Positions 33,982 to 44,441 of a stretch of DNA of 64,000 bases are shown here, one piece after another (position 1 is the first letter of the stretch; each line of letters starts with the position of its first letter). Both the position numbers and the translations under genes were made by a program. The stretch comes from Anaerolineae bacterium (GTDB lineage: Bacteria > Chloroflexota > Anaerolineae > B4-G1 > SLSP01): the NCBI GenBank assembly GCA_035415725.1, contig DAOOGN010000004.1, forward strand, positions 7,353-71,352, in the 5' to 3' direction. The notes under the pieces are model-generated. The model was not told the DNA's origin. It ran no database searches and saw only the letters and a list, made by a program, of their open reading frames with translations.

Positions 33982-34644
33982 GTGAAAATTGAGGATTATT
34001 TGCGTATCCTTCGTCAGCGAGGATGGATTATCATCCTGGCGGCGGTATTGACGGCGGCGAGCGCCTTTGTCTTCAGCAAATTGCAGACGCCGGTGTACCG
34101 TTCCAGCATCGAAGTCTCGATTCAACTGGCGCGGGCCGACCTCGGCCTGGCTACATCCGCCAAGATGTTACTAAACAATTTCTCGGCGACGATGTGGTCG
34201 GAGCGCTATGCCCAGGAGATCATCGACCGCCTGGATTTGATGCGCACCGCCAAAGATTTGAAGAGTGACGTGACCTTCGCTGCCGACGAGAACCGCATGG
34301 TCATCCAGATCGATGTCGATGATTATAACGGCGAGCAGGCGAACAACATTGCCAACATGTGGGCGCAGTTGTTCAAGGAGTGGCGCGAGGAACAGAACGC
34401 GCGGCAGAATAAAGAAGAGCGTGTTTACGCGGAGGCGATTGACCCTGCCTCTTACCGGCAATTGCGTCCTAAGACCGCCGTCAACGTCGCCGCGGGCGGC
34501 ATCTTCGGACTGGTGGGGGGCACGATTGTCGTCTTCGTGCTGGAATGGCTGGAAGCCGGGATCGTGCGACAGCCAAAGGAACTAGAGCGAGCCACCGGTC
34601 TGCTGGTCATCGGTGTGATCCCTCCCGTGTCCCAGGCAAAATAA
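33982..34644 (+). CDS. Wzz/YveK-type polysaccharide co-polymerase / BY-kinase activator
   Basis: YLRILRQRGWIIIL, TPVYRS, second TM segment, adjacent to CpsD/CapB homolog. Confidence 0.85.
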   Translation: MKIEDYLRILRQRGWIIILAAVLTAASAFVFSKLQTPVYRSSIEVSIQLARADLGLATSAKMLLNNFSATMWSERYAQEIIDRLDLMRTAKDLKSDVTFAADENRMVIQIDVDDYNGEQANNIANMWAQLFKEWREEQNARQNKEERVYAEAIDPASYRQLRPKTAVNVAAGGIFGLVGGTIVVFVLEWLEAGIVRQPKELERATGLLVIGVIPPVSQAK

Positions 34645-34690
34645 GGCGGCGCGCCGACGGCTACATGACTACTGACTACTTTTAGGAGTA

Positions 34691-35350
34691 ATGATGAACA
34701 AAGTCAATGTGGTGACACTCACGGCCCCCCGTTCTCCGGCCGCGGAAGCTTACCGGGTTTTGCGGGTGAATCTGGCATTCACCAGCCTGGACAAGCCTTT
34801 GAAGACGATAGTGATCTCCGCACCGGCAATCACCGCTACCAAGTCAGAGGTCGCTGTGAACCTGGCCGTGGTTATGGCCCAGGCCGGCCAGCGGGTGATT
34901 CTGGTAGACGCCGATTTGCGCCGTCCTGCGCTGCATCCCTGCTTCAACGCCCCCCAGGAACCGGGGTTGACGGGTTATATGGTCAGTCAGGATGGAGAAA
35001 GTGCGTTGATCCTCGAAGAAACCGCGGTGCCGCACTTGCAATTGTTACCGAGCGGTGCGCTCCCGCCCAATCCCGCCGACATTCTCGGATCCCAGAAGAT
35101 GGAGCAACTCCTGACGCTGCTCAAAGCACGCGCCGATGTGGTGGTGCTGGATACGCCGCCCGTGACCGTCGCGGTGGATGCGTCGGTGCTTGGCGCGCGC
35201 GCTGACGGCTTGCTGCTCGTCGTACAGGCGGGTCACACGCGCCGTGATCACATCGCGCAGGCCAAGGAGTGGCTCGAACGCTACCATGTACACTTGCTGG
35301 GCGCCGTTTTCACCGACGCCCCTGAAGGCGACCTTTTAACCGGCTACTAG
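34691..35350 (+). CDS. CpsD/CapB-family BY-kinase homolog with degenerate Walker A
   Basis: AEAYRVLRVNL, VILVDADLRRP, SGALPPNPADIL, LDTPP; Walker A reads PAITATKS. Confidence 0.85.
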   Translation: MMNKVNVVTLTAPRSPAAEAYRVLRVNLAFTSLDKPLKTIVISAPAITATKSEVAVNLAVVMAQAGQRVILVDADLRRPALHPCFNAPQEPGLTGYMVSQDGESALILEETAVPHLQLLPSGALPPNPADILGSQKMEQLLTLLKARADVVVLDTPPVTVAVDASVLGARADGLLLVVQAGHTRRDHIAQAKEWLERYHVHLLGAVFTDAPEGDLLTGY

Positions 35351-35370
35351 CCGAGGCTAAAGCCCTCGGC
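35350..35370. terminator. Hairpin between convergent genes (terminator or REP)
   Basis: GCCGAGG-CTAAAGC-CCTCGGC. Confidence 0.4.
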
Positions 35371-35422
35371 TGAAATCATCAAGCTCTACGAGCTGGCGTA
35401 GGACTTCGGTCCTCGGCCGGCT

Positions 35423-36163
35423 TTACGGTACAGACTGCGCGAGGCGTTGTGCAGCGTCGCAGATGATTTGTGTCGCTAGATCGACGGAGACTTTACCCGT
35501 GTTCACTACCAGGTGGTAGAGATCGGGATCGTCCCCCTTTACATTGTAGAAATGTTTCAAATAACGTGCCCGCTCTCTGTCGTCTTGCCGGATTTGGCGT
35601 TCAGCCTCCTTCTGGTCCAGGCCCAGTCGCTCGGTTAGACGCAGGATGCGCCATTCGGCGGGAGCGTGAATGCGCACGTGCAAAACGTGGGGAAAGTCCT
35701 TCAACACGACCTGCCCACCTCGCCCCACAATGATAACATCCCCTATCTGGGCGTACTCCAGAATAACGCGCTTGACCAGTTCCTGATAATCTTCTCCGGC
35801 CTCGACACGGCGTTCATGCTCGGTCAGTTCCCGAAACGCATCGTCGTGGCTGAGTCCTTCCTGGACTATCAAGGTAGCCAGGCGCTCATCGTAGGTATAC
35901 CCCTCGCGCAATGTCGCGCTGGAAATCGCCGGAACGGCCGGCATAGCATTCAGCGAATTCATCATACTTTCCAGGAATCCCGGCACGCGCTCCATCTTTT
36001 CCAACTGCGTGACCATGGCCTCATCAGGATAACCCGCCATTTCAGCGGCGCGACTGAGAATTTCACGATCAAGGTAACGCAGATTCAACTTTTTGGCGAC
36101 GGCGGTCGCAATGTAACTTCCGCAACTGCCCAACTGTCTGGATAGCGTGATGACCATACTCAT
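35423..36163 (-). CDS. Cytidylate kinase-like family protein
   Basis: VITLSRQLGSCG, YLDREIL, IIVGRGG, HVRIHAP, DDRERARY, YHLVVNT. Confidence 0.9.
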   Translation of the reverse strand: MSMVITLSRQLGSCGSYIATAVAKKLNLRYLDREILSRAAEMAGYPDEAMVTQLEKMERVPGFLESMMNSLNAMPAVPAISSATLREGYTYDERLATLIVQEGLSHDDAFRELTEHERRVEAGEDYQELVKRVILEYAQIGDVIIVGRGGQVVLKDFPHVLHVRIHAPAEWRILRLTERLGLDQKEAERQIRQDDRERARYLKHFYNVKGDDPDLYHLVVNTGKVSVDLATQIICDAAQRLAQSVP

Positions 36164-36190
36164 AAGTATTCCTCCTTTCGCCAGTGGATG

Positions 36191-37342
36191 TCAGGGTTTT
36201 ACATAAGGGATCAAGCGAAAAGTCGTCGTCAAAGGCGTGCTTCCCTCCAGGGTTAAACTCACCGTGTACGTCCCTCCCGGCAAGAAAGGCGCACGCGGAA
36301 CGCCGGTGATGCTGTCCCATACGGTTCCCGCCCCGCCAACGCCGGCCCACGCGCCACTTGCCTCGCGCACAAGCTGCCCATTCCGATACCACGCACTCTT
36401 CCACGATGTATTGGAGGATAGATTCTCACAGCGGGTCCCCACGTAGAGCGCCTGCGAGTACCATTCAAAGCTGTCCTTAGGCAGATAAGGTTCGCCCTCC
36501 GGCGTCAGACCGGCGGCAGCAAAAAGCGGCGTGCACACCAGAGGCAACGGCGTCGGTGTGGCGGTCGGCGCCACCGTCGACGTGGGAGTTGGCGGCAACG
36601 GCGTCGGTGCAGCCCCCACGGCGAAAGTATCACGGTGATACACGTGGCCCAGCATCGTCAGTTCGGCCTCATACACACCATCTTCCAACACGGCCCCATC
36701 CTTGCGGTAACACGGAATAGCTTCCACGCCGGATGTCTGCGGCAATGTAGCGTCGTGCGTGCAGATGAGTTCCCCATGGTGGCGGACGGCGACCCAATAC
36801 GGCGTACCGAGGCAGGCATTGGCGTAGGTATAACGGAGATAAAAATGCCGGACACCGGCATCGAGCTGCTCCACGGCGGGGCCGGTCGGCGTCATCGCCA
36901 GCGAGAACGCCGTAATGGCAGCAGCATCTTCGTCAATGGTGAAGGTATGCGCGACTGCTGGCTCGTTGCCCATCCGCAAGGTCAGCCGATAGCGTCCAGG
37001 CGGCAACGCCGTATTGTTGGGGAAAGGAACCACAAGCTCTTTCATCGCCGGCTGCCATTCGCCCTGGTTGAGCAACGTCGCGTCATTCTCTGCACTCAAC
37101 TCCCAATGCACCGTGACGTCATCCGCCCACGGGCCAGTGACCTGCGGTACAAAGCGGACCTGCGTTGCAATCTGGCAGAGACTCGTTGGTGCAACTACAA
37201 AAGTGACCTGCGGCGGCGTAGAGGACGTACCCCCCGCCGGTAATCCAGAGGTCGGCGCGCAGGCGACGAGCGTCCCGCCGAGGCCGCAGGCGATAATAAC
37301 CAGAATCCTGCTTACAAGGTGGTTTTTGAATCGAGAACCCAT
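36191..37342 (-). CDS. Putative lipoprotein with beta-sandwich domains and a Pro/Thr linker
   Basis: Lipobox LVAC after hydrophobic segment; PTPLPPTPTSTVAPTATPTP linker. Confidence 0.7.
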   Translation of the reverse strand: MGSRFKNHLVSRILVIIACGLGGTLVACAPTSGLPAGGTSSTPPQVTFVVAPTSLCQIATQVRFVPQVTGPWADDVTVHWELSAENDATLLNQGEWQPAMKELVVPFPNNTALPPGRYRLTLRMGNEPAVAHTFTIDEDAAAITAFSLAMTPTGPAVEQLDAGVRHFYLRYTYANACLGTPYWVAVRHHGELICTHDATLPQTSGVEAIPCYRKDGAVLEDGVYEAELTMLGHVYHRDTFAVGAAPTPLPPTPTSTVAPTATPTPLPLVCTPLFAAAGLTPEGEPYLPKDSFEWYSQALYVGTRCENLSSNTSWKSAWYRNGQLVREASGAWAGVGGAGTVWDSITGVPRAPFLPGGTYTVSLTLEGSTPLTTTFRLIPYVKP

Positions 37343-37761
37343 TCGCTCAACTCCCGGATCATAGACTCGGCGTGTTCGCGCCAATAAGGATGCACGCCCA
37401 CGGCAAGATAGCCCTGAAAATCGGCAATCGCTTCGGCATATTCCCGTAACTGTTGATGCGCGATGGCGCGGTTGAACTGCGCCTCGTCAAGATGGGGATC
37501 GAGGTCCATCGCCCGCGTGAGATCGTGGATGGCTTTACGCGGGTGATCCAATTCGCGCCAGTAGAGGATGCCGCGATCCAGGTAGACCTGGGCGAAGTCC
37601 GGTTTCCATTTTACGGCGTGATTGAACGCTTCCACAGCCGCTTCGTATTCCCAACGCGAACCATAGCTGTTGCCGACGTAGCGATGGACGACGCCGATCC
37701 AGTAATACCCATACGCCACCAGGAATTTGTACCCTTCACGGAGTTTGCCCCGGAGTTTCAT
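37312..37761 (-). CDS. Tetratricopeptide repeat protein
   Basis: AAVEAFNHAVKWKP..AQVYLDRG, AIHDLTRAMDLDP...AQFNRA. Confidence 0.85.
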   Translation of the reverse strand: MKLRGKLREGYKFLVAYGYYWIGVVHRYVGNSYGSRWEYEAAVEAFNHAVKWKPDFAQVYLDRGILYWRELDHPRKAIHDLTRAMDLDPHLDEAQFNRAIAHQQLREYAEAIADFQGYLAVGVHPYWREHAESMIRELSEWVLDSKTTL

Positions 37762-38861
37762 GTCAGCATCTCCCTGTAGACGGCGACGGTTTCCTGAGCG
37801 ATCCGTTGGTGGGTAAACTGCGCCAGGACTCGCGCCCGTCCACGCGCCTTCAGTTCATGGCGCAACGCCGGTGCCGCCATCAGGCGCTCCAAAATGGCAC
37901 GCAGCGCAGTGACATCGTTCTCCGGGAAGGTCAACCCTGCCTCACCGATCACGTGGGGGATTTCGCCGGCATTCGTCCCCACGACGACCACGCCGCACGC
38001 CATTGCTTCCACCAGCACCCGTCCAAATTGCTCGGTCCAGTTCGACTGCGTCCGTGAGGGCAGGACGAGGACATCGAGGGTGCGATAAAACGCGGGCATC
38101 TCTGTGGAAGGAAGCGGCGGACGGAAGGCGACGCGCTCCGTCAGGCCACTCTCCGCAACCAGCCCGCGCAAGTGACTTTCCTCGGGGCCGCTGCCCTGGA
38201 TGGTGACGCGCCACGCCCCCTTCAGCCCGGCCAGTGCCTGTAACAACACGTCCACGCCTTTCTCCGGCACGAGCCGCCCCACATAAGCGATATGCAGTCC
38301 TTCTGCGTCGTGAGGGGCATCCGGTGGAAAAAAAATTTCCGGGTCCACGCCAAACTGGGGGATAACGGCCAGCGGCCCGGCGTAACCTTTTTGCCGCCAT
38401 ACGGCGGCGGCAGACTGACTTCCGGCCAGCGCATAATCGACGTGCCGCAGATTGTACTGTTCCATCCACGAAAAAGGCGGGGGATAACGGCGCAGCAGGT
38501 TTTGCCATGAAAACCAGAGGGTTTTGGCCCCGTAACGGCGGGCCAGAAGGTTGGCGTGATAGGTCGCCAGGTTGTAAGGCTCCTCGTCGATGTGAACGAT
38601 GTCCGGGCGAACATCACGCAGCCGGCGCCCCAACGTGGGATAGAAATGCAGGTGAAACTGACCATTGAACGCCAACGGCAGCACCTCCAGACGATAACCG
38701 CGCGTGTATGCTCTTTCCAGCCACATCACTCCGCGCTCATCCTTCCAGGAAGGTGGTGTTGCGACCACCAACGTCATCTCCGGTGCGCACACTGCCAGCT
38801 CCTCCAACTTGCGCTGGTAAGTTCCCACGATGCACGCCTTGGAGAGCATAAGGACTCGCAA
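37758..38861 (-). CDS. Glycosyltransferase family 4
   Basis: YVGRLVPEKGVDVL, EQFGRVLVEAMACG; TTG start at 38861 with GGAGG RBS. Confidence 0.92.
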   Translation of the reverse strand: MRVLMLSKACIVGTYQRKLEELAVCAPEMTLVVATPPSWKDERGVMWLERAYTRGYRLEVLPLAFNGQFHLHFYPTLGRRLRDVRPDIVHIDEEPYNLATYHANLLARRYGAKTLWFSWQNLLRRYPPPFSWMEQYNLRHVDYALAGSQSAAAVWRQKGYAGPLAVIPQFGVDPEIFFPPDAPHDAEGLHIAYVGRLVPEKGVDVLLQALAGLKGAWRVTIQGSGPEESHLRGLVAESGLTERVAFRPPLPSTEMPAFYRTLDVLVLPSRTQSNWTEQFGRVLVEAMACGVVVVGTNAGEIPHVIGEAGLTFPENDVTALRAILERLMAAPALRHELKARGRARVLAQFTHQRIAQETVAVYREMLT

Positions 38862-38933
38862 ACCATCCTCCGACCATAGTGACGAATTGAACGCCTCAAC
38901 AAGTTGAACGGGTACAAGACAGATTATTGGAAA

Positions 38934-39207
38934 ATATCTATTCGGGCCAGTCAACTTGGTGAAACAATTTCTTCCCTATACCAGGTTTGGCGTGGATTTC
39001 GGTATGCCTGGTGCTTGTGGATGACGAGATATTCGTGTTTCTATAAGCCCATCCCTCCTGCCCCTCTTCCGCCCCCTTCTCCCCCGCTTGCGGGGGAGAA
39101 GGGGGTGGGGGGATGAGAGGGTCAGCGCCTATAGCCGCAGTGTCAACCCATGAGGCACCATCCCCAAAGTCCCGTTCGCCACCTGGCAAGGGCGGCTGAA
39201 TAGTTAC
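38934..39207 (-). repeat. Complete family A element
   Basis: Ends ATATCTATTCGGGCCAGTCAA and GGCGGCTGAATAGTTAC. Confidence 0.82.
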
Positions 39208-39269
39208 CATTACTGTTAGTATAGCCCAACTATGACAGGTGGCAATGCCGTTGACAAGGCGACAAGGGA

Positions 39270-39320
39270 TTGACAACAAATCTTTATCCGTTATACTGGA
39301 ACTATATCCATTCAAACGGA
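39270..39320 (+). promoter_or_regulatory. Sigma70 promoter overlapped by two palindromic operator-like boxes
   Basis: TTGACA (39270) N16 TATACT (39292); boxes TCCGTTATACTGGA (39287-39300) and TCCATTCAAACGGA (39307-39320). Confidence 0.6.
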
Positions 39321-39338
39321 ATTCAGGTGAGATGAACG

Positions 39339-40514
39339 ATGAATAATCCACACAACGTTCCGGCCTCGCTCCGCACGCTGCGCCTCCTGGAAGCGCTGGC
39401 CGCCGAACCGGGGGGAATGACCTCCGGCCAGTTGGCCGCCGCCCTGGACATTCCACACAGCGCGCTCCACGCCCTGCTCAACACGCTCAAAAAGACGGGG
39501 TACATCGTCCAGGCGGGGAGCCGGCAACCCTATCACGTCGGACCACGCACCCAGGCCCTCGGCCAGCCCCGTCTACCGGGCACTAACGCCCTCATGATGG
39601 CTTTCTACGAGGAGACGGCGCGCCGACAGCCCCAAGAGACGCTCGCGCTGGCCAGGCTCGATGACGCCGATATGGTCATTCTGGCCGAAGCGCCATCTGC
39701 ACAGGCCGTCCGTTGTGCTATCCCCGTCGGGCAGCGGAGCGCCGCCATCGCCCATCCGGCCGGCTGGGTGCTCCTGGCCGGTCTCGTCGAAACCGCTCTG
39801 GAACGCGCGCTGGCGTCATATCCAGAGAACGCGCGCGAGCCGGTCGAACGCGCGCGTCGTCAGACGTCGGCTTGCTGCATCGACGAAGACGTTGTAACGC
39901 TGGCCGTGCCGGTCTGCCCCGATGGTCAACGTCCCGAAGCCGCCCTGCTGACGAGCATCCCGGCTTTCCGTTGGGATGCAGCCGACGAAGAAGCGTTGCT
40001 AGGCGACTTGCGCGAAATGGCCGCCCGCCTCTCCTATCGCCTTGGCGCGCTCACCTACACCCCCTACGGCGCGCCTGCATTGCCTCCTCATGGAACGAGC
40101 GTTGCTATGCCTGAAGCAGAACTGCGCGCGTTTTTGGATGGCCCCTGGGCCGCGCGGCTGGCCTGCATCCGGCCCGATGGATCGCCCCATGTCGTGCCCG
40201 TCTGGTACGAGTGGCGCGACGCCACCTTTTTCATTGCCGCCTGGCCCGGCTCCCTGTGGGCGGACTTTGTCACGCAGAACCCGGCGGTGGCCCTCAGCAT
40301 TGATGAACCGTGGCCGCCCATGCGTCGCATCCTGGTGCGGGGGCAGGCACAGCCGCTCCTATCGGCCAGCATCCCCGGCGGCATTGCTGGCCTGTGTACG
40401 CGGATTCATGCCCGCTATCTCGGCGCGCCGCCGTCCGGTGACGTTCCTCCGGCGGCGTGGAAAGCGTTCCGCATCCCCCCGGCGAAGATGATTGCCCAGC
40501 GGGAACAGCTATGA
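39339..40514 (+). CDS. IclR-family regulator fused to a C-terminal PPOX-class (FMN/F420-binding split barrel) domain
   Basis: N-terminal HTH (SLRTLRLLEAL...SALHALLNTLKKTGY), IclR effector domain, then FLDGPWAARLACIRPDGSPHVVPVWY...NPAVALSID...ILVRG from about aa 257. Confidence 0.8.
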   Translation: MNNPHNVPASLRTLRLLEALAAEPGGMTSGQLAAALDIPHSALHALLNTLKKTGYIVQAGSRQPYHVGPRTQALGQPRLPGTNALMMAFYEETARRQPQETLALARLDDADMVILAEAPSAQAVRCAIPVGQRSAAIAHPAGWVLLAGLVETALERALASYPENAREPVERARRQTSACCIDEDVVTLAVPVCPDGQRPEAALLTSIPAFRWDAADEEALLGDLREMAARLSYRLGALTYTPYGAPALPPHGTSVAMPEAELRAFLDGPWAARLACIRPDGSPHVVPVWYEWRDATFFIAAWPGSLWADFVTQNPAVALSIDEPWPPMRRILVRGQAQPLLSASIPGGIAGLCTRIHARYLGAPPSGDVPPAAWKAFRIPPAKMIAQREQL

Positions 40515-41269
40515 ACGTTGCCCTGCGCGGCGTCGCCAAGACCTTCAACGGCGTCCAGACGCCTCTTGTGGCGCTCAATCCCATCACCCTGGATGTGGCG
40601 ACGGGTGAATTCGTCTGTATTATCGGCCCCAGTGGTTGCGGCAAATCGACGTTGCTGCGGCTTATCGCCGACCAGCTTTCGCCGACGGCAGGCGCTATCC
40701 GCCTGGACGACGCCCCGCCTGCGGTGGCACGTCAGGCCCAACAGATCGCGTGGATGGCGCAAAATCCGGCCCTGCTTCCCTGGCAGACGGTCCTGGATAA
40801 CGTGCGACTGCCGCAGCGCATCAACCGGCGCGGGCGACATCCGGCACTCGATCCCACAGACTTGCTCCGTGTGGTCAGACTGGCGGACTTCGCCCGGGCT
40901 TATCCCGGCGCTCTCTCCGGGGGAATGCAACAGCGGGTCGCCCTGGCCCGCACTCTGGCGACGGGCGCCCCGCTCTGGCTGATGGACGAACCGTTCGCCG
41001 CACTGGATGAGCTGACCCGCGAGACGTTGGCCGACGAAGTCCTGCGTCTCTGGCACACCTTCCGTCCGACGGTGCTTTGGGTCACACACAACATCGCCGA
41101 AGCCGCGCGCCTGGCCGACCGCGTCGTCGTGATGAGTGCGCGGCCCGGCTGTATCCGGGATACGGTCGCCATCACGCCGCCCCGTCCCCGCGACGAAACC
41201 GCGCCGGAAACCGTTGCCATCATCCGCCGTCTGCGAGCTGTGCTGCGCAAGAGCATGACCACGGCTTGA
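40511..41269 (+). CDS. SsuB/TauB-type ABC transporter ATP-binding protein
   Basis: GPSGCGKST, LLPWQTVLDNV, LSGGMQQR, MDEPFAALD; ATGA overlap with the regulator. Confidence 0.92.
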   Translation: MNVALRGVAKTFNGVQTPLVALNPITLDVATGEFVCIIGPSGCGKSTLLRLIADQLSPTAGAIRLDDAPPAVARQAQQIAWMAQNPALLPWQTVLDNVRLPQRINRRGRHPALDPTDLLRVVRLADFARAYPGALSGGMQQRVALARTLATGAPLWLMDEPFAALDELTRETLADEVLRLWHTFRPTVLWVTHNIAEAARLADRVVVMSARPGCIRDTVAITPPRPRDETAPETVAIIRRLRAVLRKSMTTA

Positions 41270-41290
41270 AGGATTAAGAGGAACGCAGAA

Positions 41291-42078
41291 GTGCATGAGA
41301 GGTCTGCCCCCACACTGAAACGGGATGTGATTTCCGCCGCCGGAATTATCGGACTGACACTGCTGGCCTGGGAGATCGCGGTGCGGTTCAATCACACGCC
41401 GATCTATATCCTGCCGCCGCCGTCGGCGATTGCCGGCAAGTTCTGGCGGAACGCGGGTTACCTCCTCGCCGCCGCGGGGGTCACGCTAGGCGAAGCCCTC
41501 GGTGGATTACTGCTCGGCCTGACCGTCGGCATCGTGGTCGCGGCGCTCATCACCTTCTGGACGAATCTGGAACGCGGTATGCTGGCGCTGTCCATCCTGG
41601 TCAAGGCCACGCCGATAGTCGCCATTGCCCCGCTGCTCACCCTTTGGTTGGGTTTCGGCCCACTGCCCAAGGTGATCGTCACCGCACTGCTCACCTTCTT
41701 TCCGGTGTTGATCAACGTTCACAGCGGCCTGCATGCCGTGGATGAGGCGGCGCTGGCGCTGTTCCACTCACTGAATGCCGGGCGGTGGGAACTGTTCCGT
41801 TACGCTCGCTGGCCCTCAACGCTGCCGTACCTGTTTGCCGCCCTCAAAGTCGTTGCACCGCTCGCCGTGACCGGTGCCGTCGTCGCCGAGTGGGCCGGCG
41901 CGTCGGCGGGCCTGGGCCGCGCGATGTGGCTGGCCTACGCCGACTTAAACTTGCCGCTGCTCTTCGCCGCCGTCTTTTGCTCGGCGGTGATGGGCGTGGG
42001 GTTATACGTTTTGGTGGTGGTGCTGGAAAAACGGGTGATCTTTTGGCGTTGGAACGTTCAAACGAGAGGGGGAGAGAT

Positions 42079-42082
<4 letters not shown>
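41291..42082 (+). CDS. SsuC/TauC-type ABC transporter permease
   Basis: YILPPPSAI, TPIVAIAPLL, FFPVLIN, GAVVAEW..AS.GLG. Confidence 0.92.
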
Positions 42083-43071
<989 letters not shown>

Positions 43072-43210
43072 ACCGCCTTAAATGCTGGCGCAGAAAACAT
43101 ATACTCATAGCCAATAGGGACTGATTCGCTTTTGAATTTTGACGTGGAGCATCGTCACGCGAGAAAATGCCAAACGATTTTCGATTCATCGAGAGCAAGA
43201 TGCAAAAGAG

Positions 43211-43456
43211 GTATCTATTCAGGCCAGTCAATCTGGCGAAGCCATTTGTTCTCTATACCAGGTTTTGCGCGGATTTTGGTATGCAAAGTGCGCGTGGATG
43301 ACGCGATAGGCGTGTTTCTACAAGCTCATCCCCCTTTTCCTCCGCTTGCGGGGTAGAAGGGGGCTGGGGGGATGAGAGAGTCAGCGCCGATGGCCGAAGT
43401 GTCAAACCATCCCCAAAGTCCCATTCGCTACCTGGCAGGGGCGGCTGAATAGTTAC
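43211..43456 (-). repeat. Complete family A element
   Basis: Ends GTATCTATTCAGGCCAGTCAA and GCGGCTGAATAGTTAC; imperfect TIR GTA(A/T)CTATTCAG. Confidence 0.85.
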
Positions 43457-43640
43457 CTTTTCGGAATAGATTGGGCAGATGAAGCGGATTTTTGCTTGGA
43501 TGATAACATCTATCTGCTCAATCGGTTTTAGCTGCTGCTGATATAGCATGCGCCTGGTATAATCCGGCAATAGATAACCAAGCCAGGGGAATTATCGTCA
43601 GCGGGGAACAAATGACCTGCTGCTTTACCCATCCAATCAT

Positions 43641-44009
43641 TCAATAGCTTAACGGCAGATAAGCTATCTGATCCTGGTACATTGTTGCGTCTGAAACATC
43701 CCAGATCAGCCAAAGCTCATCAACGGTATCACCAATGCCCATATTGGGGTTCAATTCCAAGATACCCGGAATATGCCTATCCTCCGCCAGAAAGTTGGAC
43801 AGATGAACCGGCATATATTTACGATTATTCGTGACCAACATAAAGCTGTGCGTCTCACACCAACCCAAGACTTCAGGATCTGGTGTACCACGTGGTGGCG
43901 CTCCCGGCATACCCACCAGCCAAATAACCATAGCAGGTTCGCGCCTCAGCAACTCACGGCGATAAATCGGATCAACGTTCTCGTCGAGTAGGTACTATAT
44001 AAGGCTCAC
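43641..44009 (-). pseudogene. DUF5615 PIN-like toxin with amber stop at codon 5
   Basis: GTG AGC CTT ATA TAG TAC CTA CTC GAC GAG AAC = VSLI*YLLDENVDP..., continuing in frame to PDPEVLGWC...LVTNNRK; TAG at 43995-43997. Confidence 0.72.
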
Positions 44010-44340
44010 GTGGCTCTCCCAGAGCGTACTGATAACTACGTCGTGCATCACGTAGTTGGCCTACAAAAGGTGGAAGAGAACGACTCTGAGCCTCACGCAT
44101 GGTCTGTCCCCACTCTAACCAGTCGGCAAGATAAGCCTCGACTTGCTCACGGTTATGCAAGTAATACAAAATCGTGGCGTAGATTTGTTCTAACGTCAGC
44201 GCAGGCAACTGTTGGTGAATTGCCTCTGGCGTCTGCTCACGATAAATGTACTCATACAAAACTGATTCAATACCCACACGCGTGTTTTTAAGCCGGATAT
44301 CGTCATCGGCTAAAAAATCAAAGTAATCTTCTAATTGCAT
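43972..44340 (-). CDS. DUF433-family antitoxin
   Basis: DDIRLKNTRVGIESVL...TPEAI...LTLEQIYATILYY; GAGGAG RBS. Confidence 0.85.
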   Translation of the reverse strand: MQLEDYFDFLADDDIRLKNTRVGIESVLYEYIYREQTPEAIHQQLPALTLEQIYATILYYLHNREQVEAYLADWLEWGQTMREAQSRSLPPFVGQLRDARRSYQYALGEPREPYIVPTRRER

Positions 44341-44355
44341 GCTGCTTATCTCCTC

Positions 44356-44400
44356 GTATCTATTCAGGCCAGTCAATCTGGCGAAGCCATTTGTTCTCTA
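44356..44400 (-). repeat. Isolated family A right end
   Basis: 45 bp identical to 43211-43255. Confidence 0.9.
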
Positions 44401-44441
44401 AGTTGGGGACTCCCCACGACCTGAAGTTCTCCGCCAGGCTG

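Noticed and set aside
39208-39338. FMN or TPP riboswitch ahead of the NMT1/THI5 transporter operon
   Set aside because: No conserved riboswitch core is visible, and the promoter leaves only about 35 nt of leader.
43211-43456. Assigning family A to IS66 because of GTAA...TTAC-like ends
   Set aside because: No 8-bp target duplication at any complete copy, and no transposase in the window to support it.
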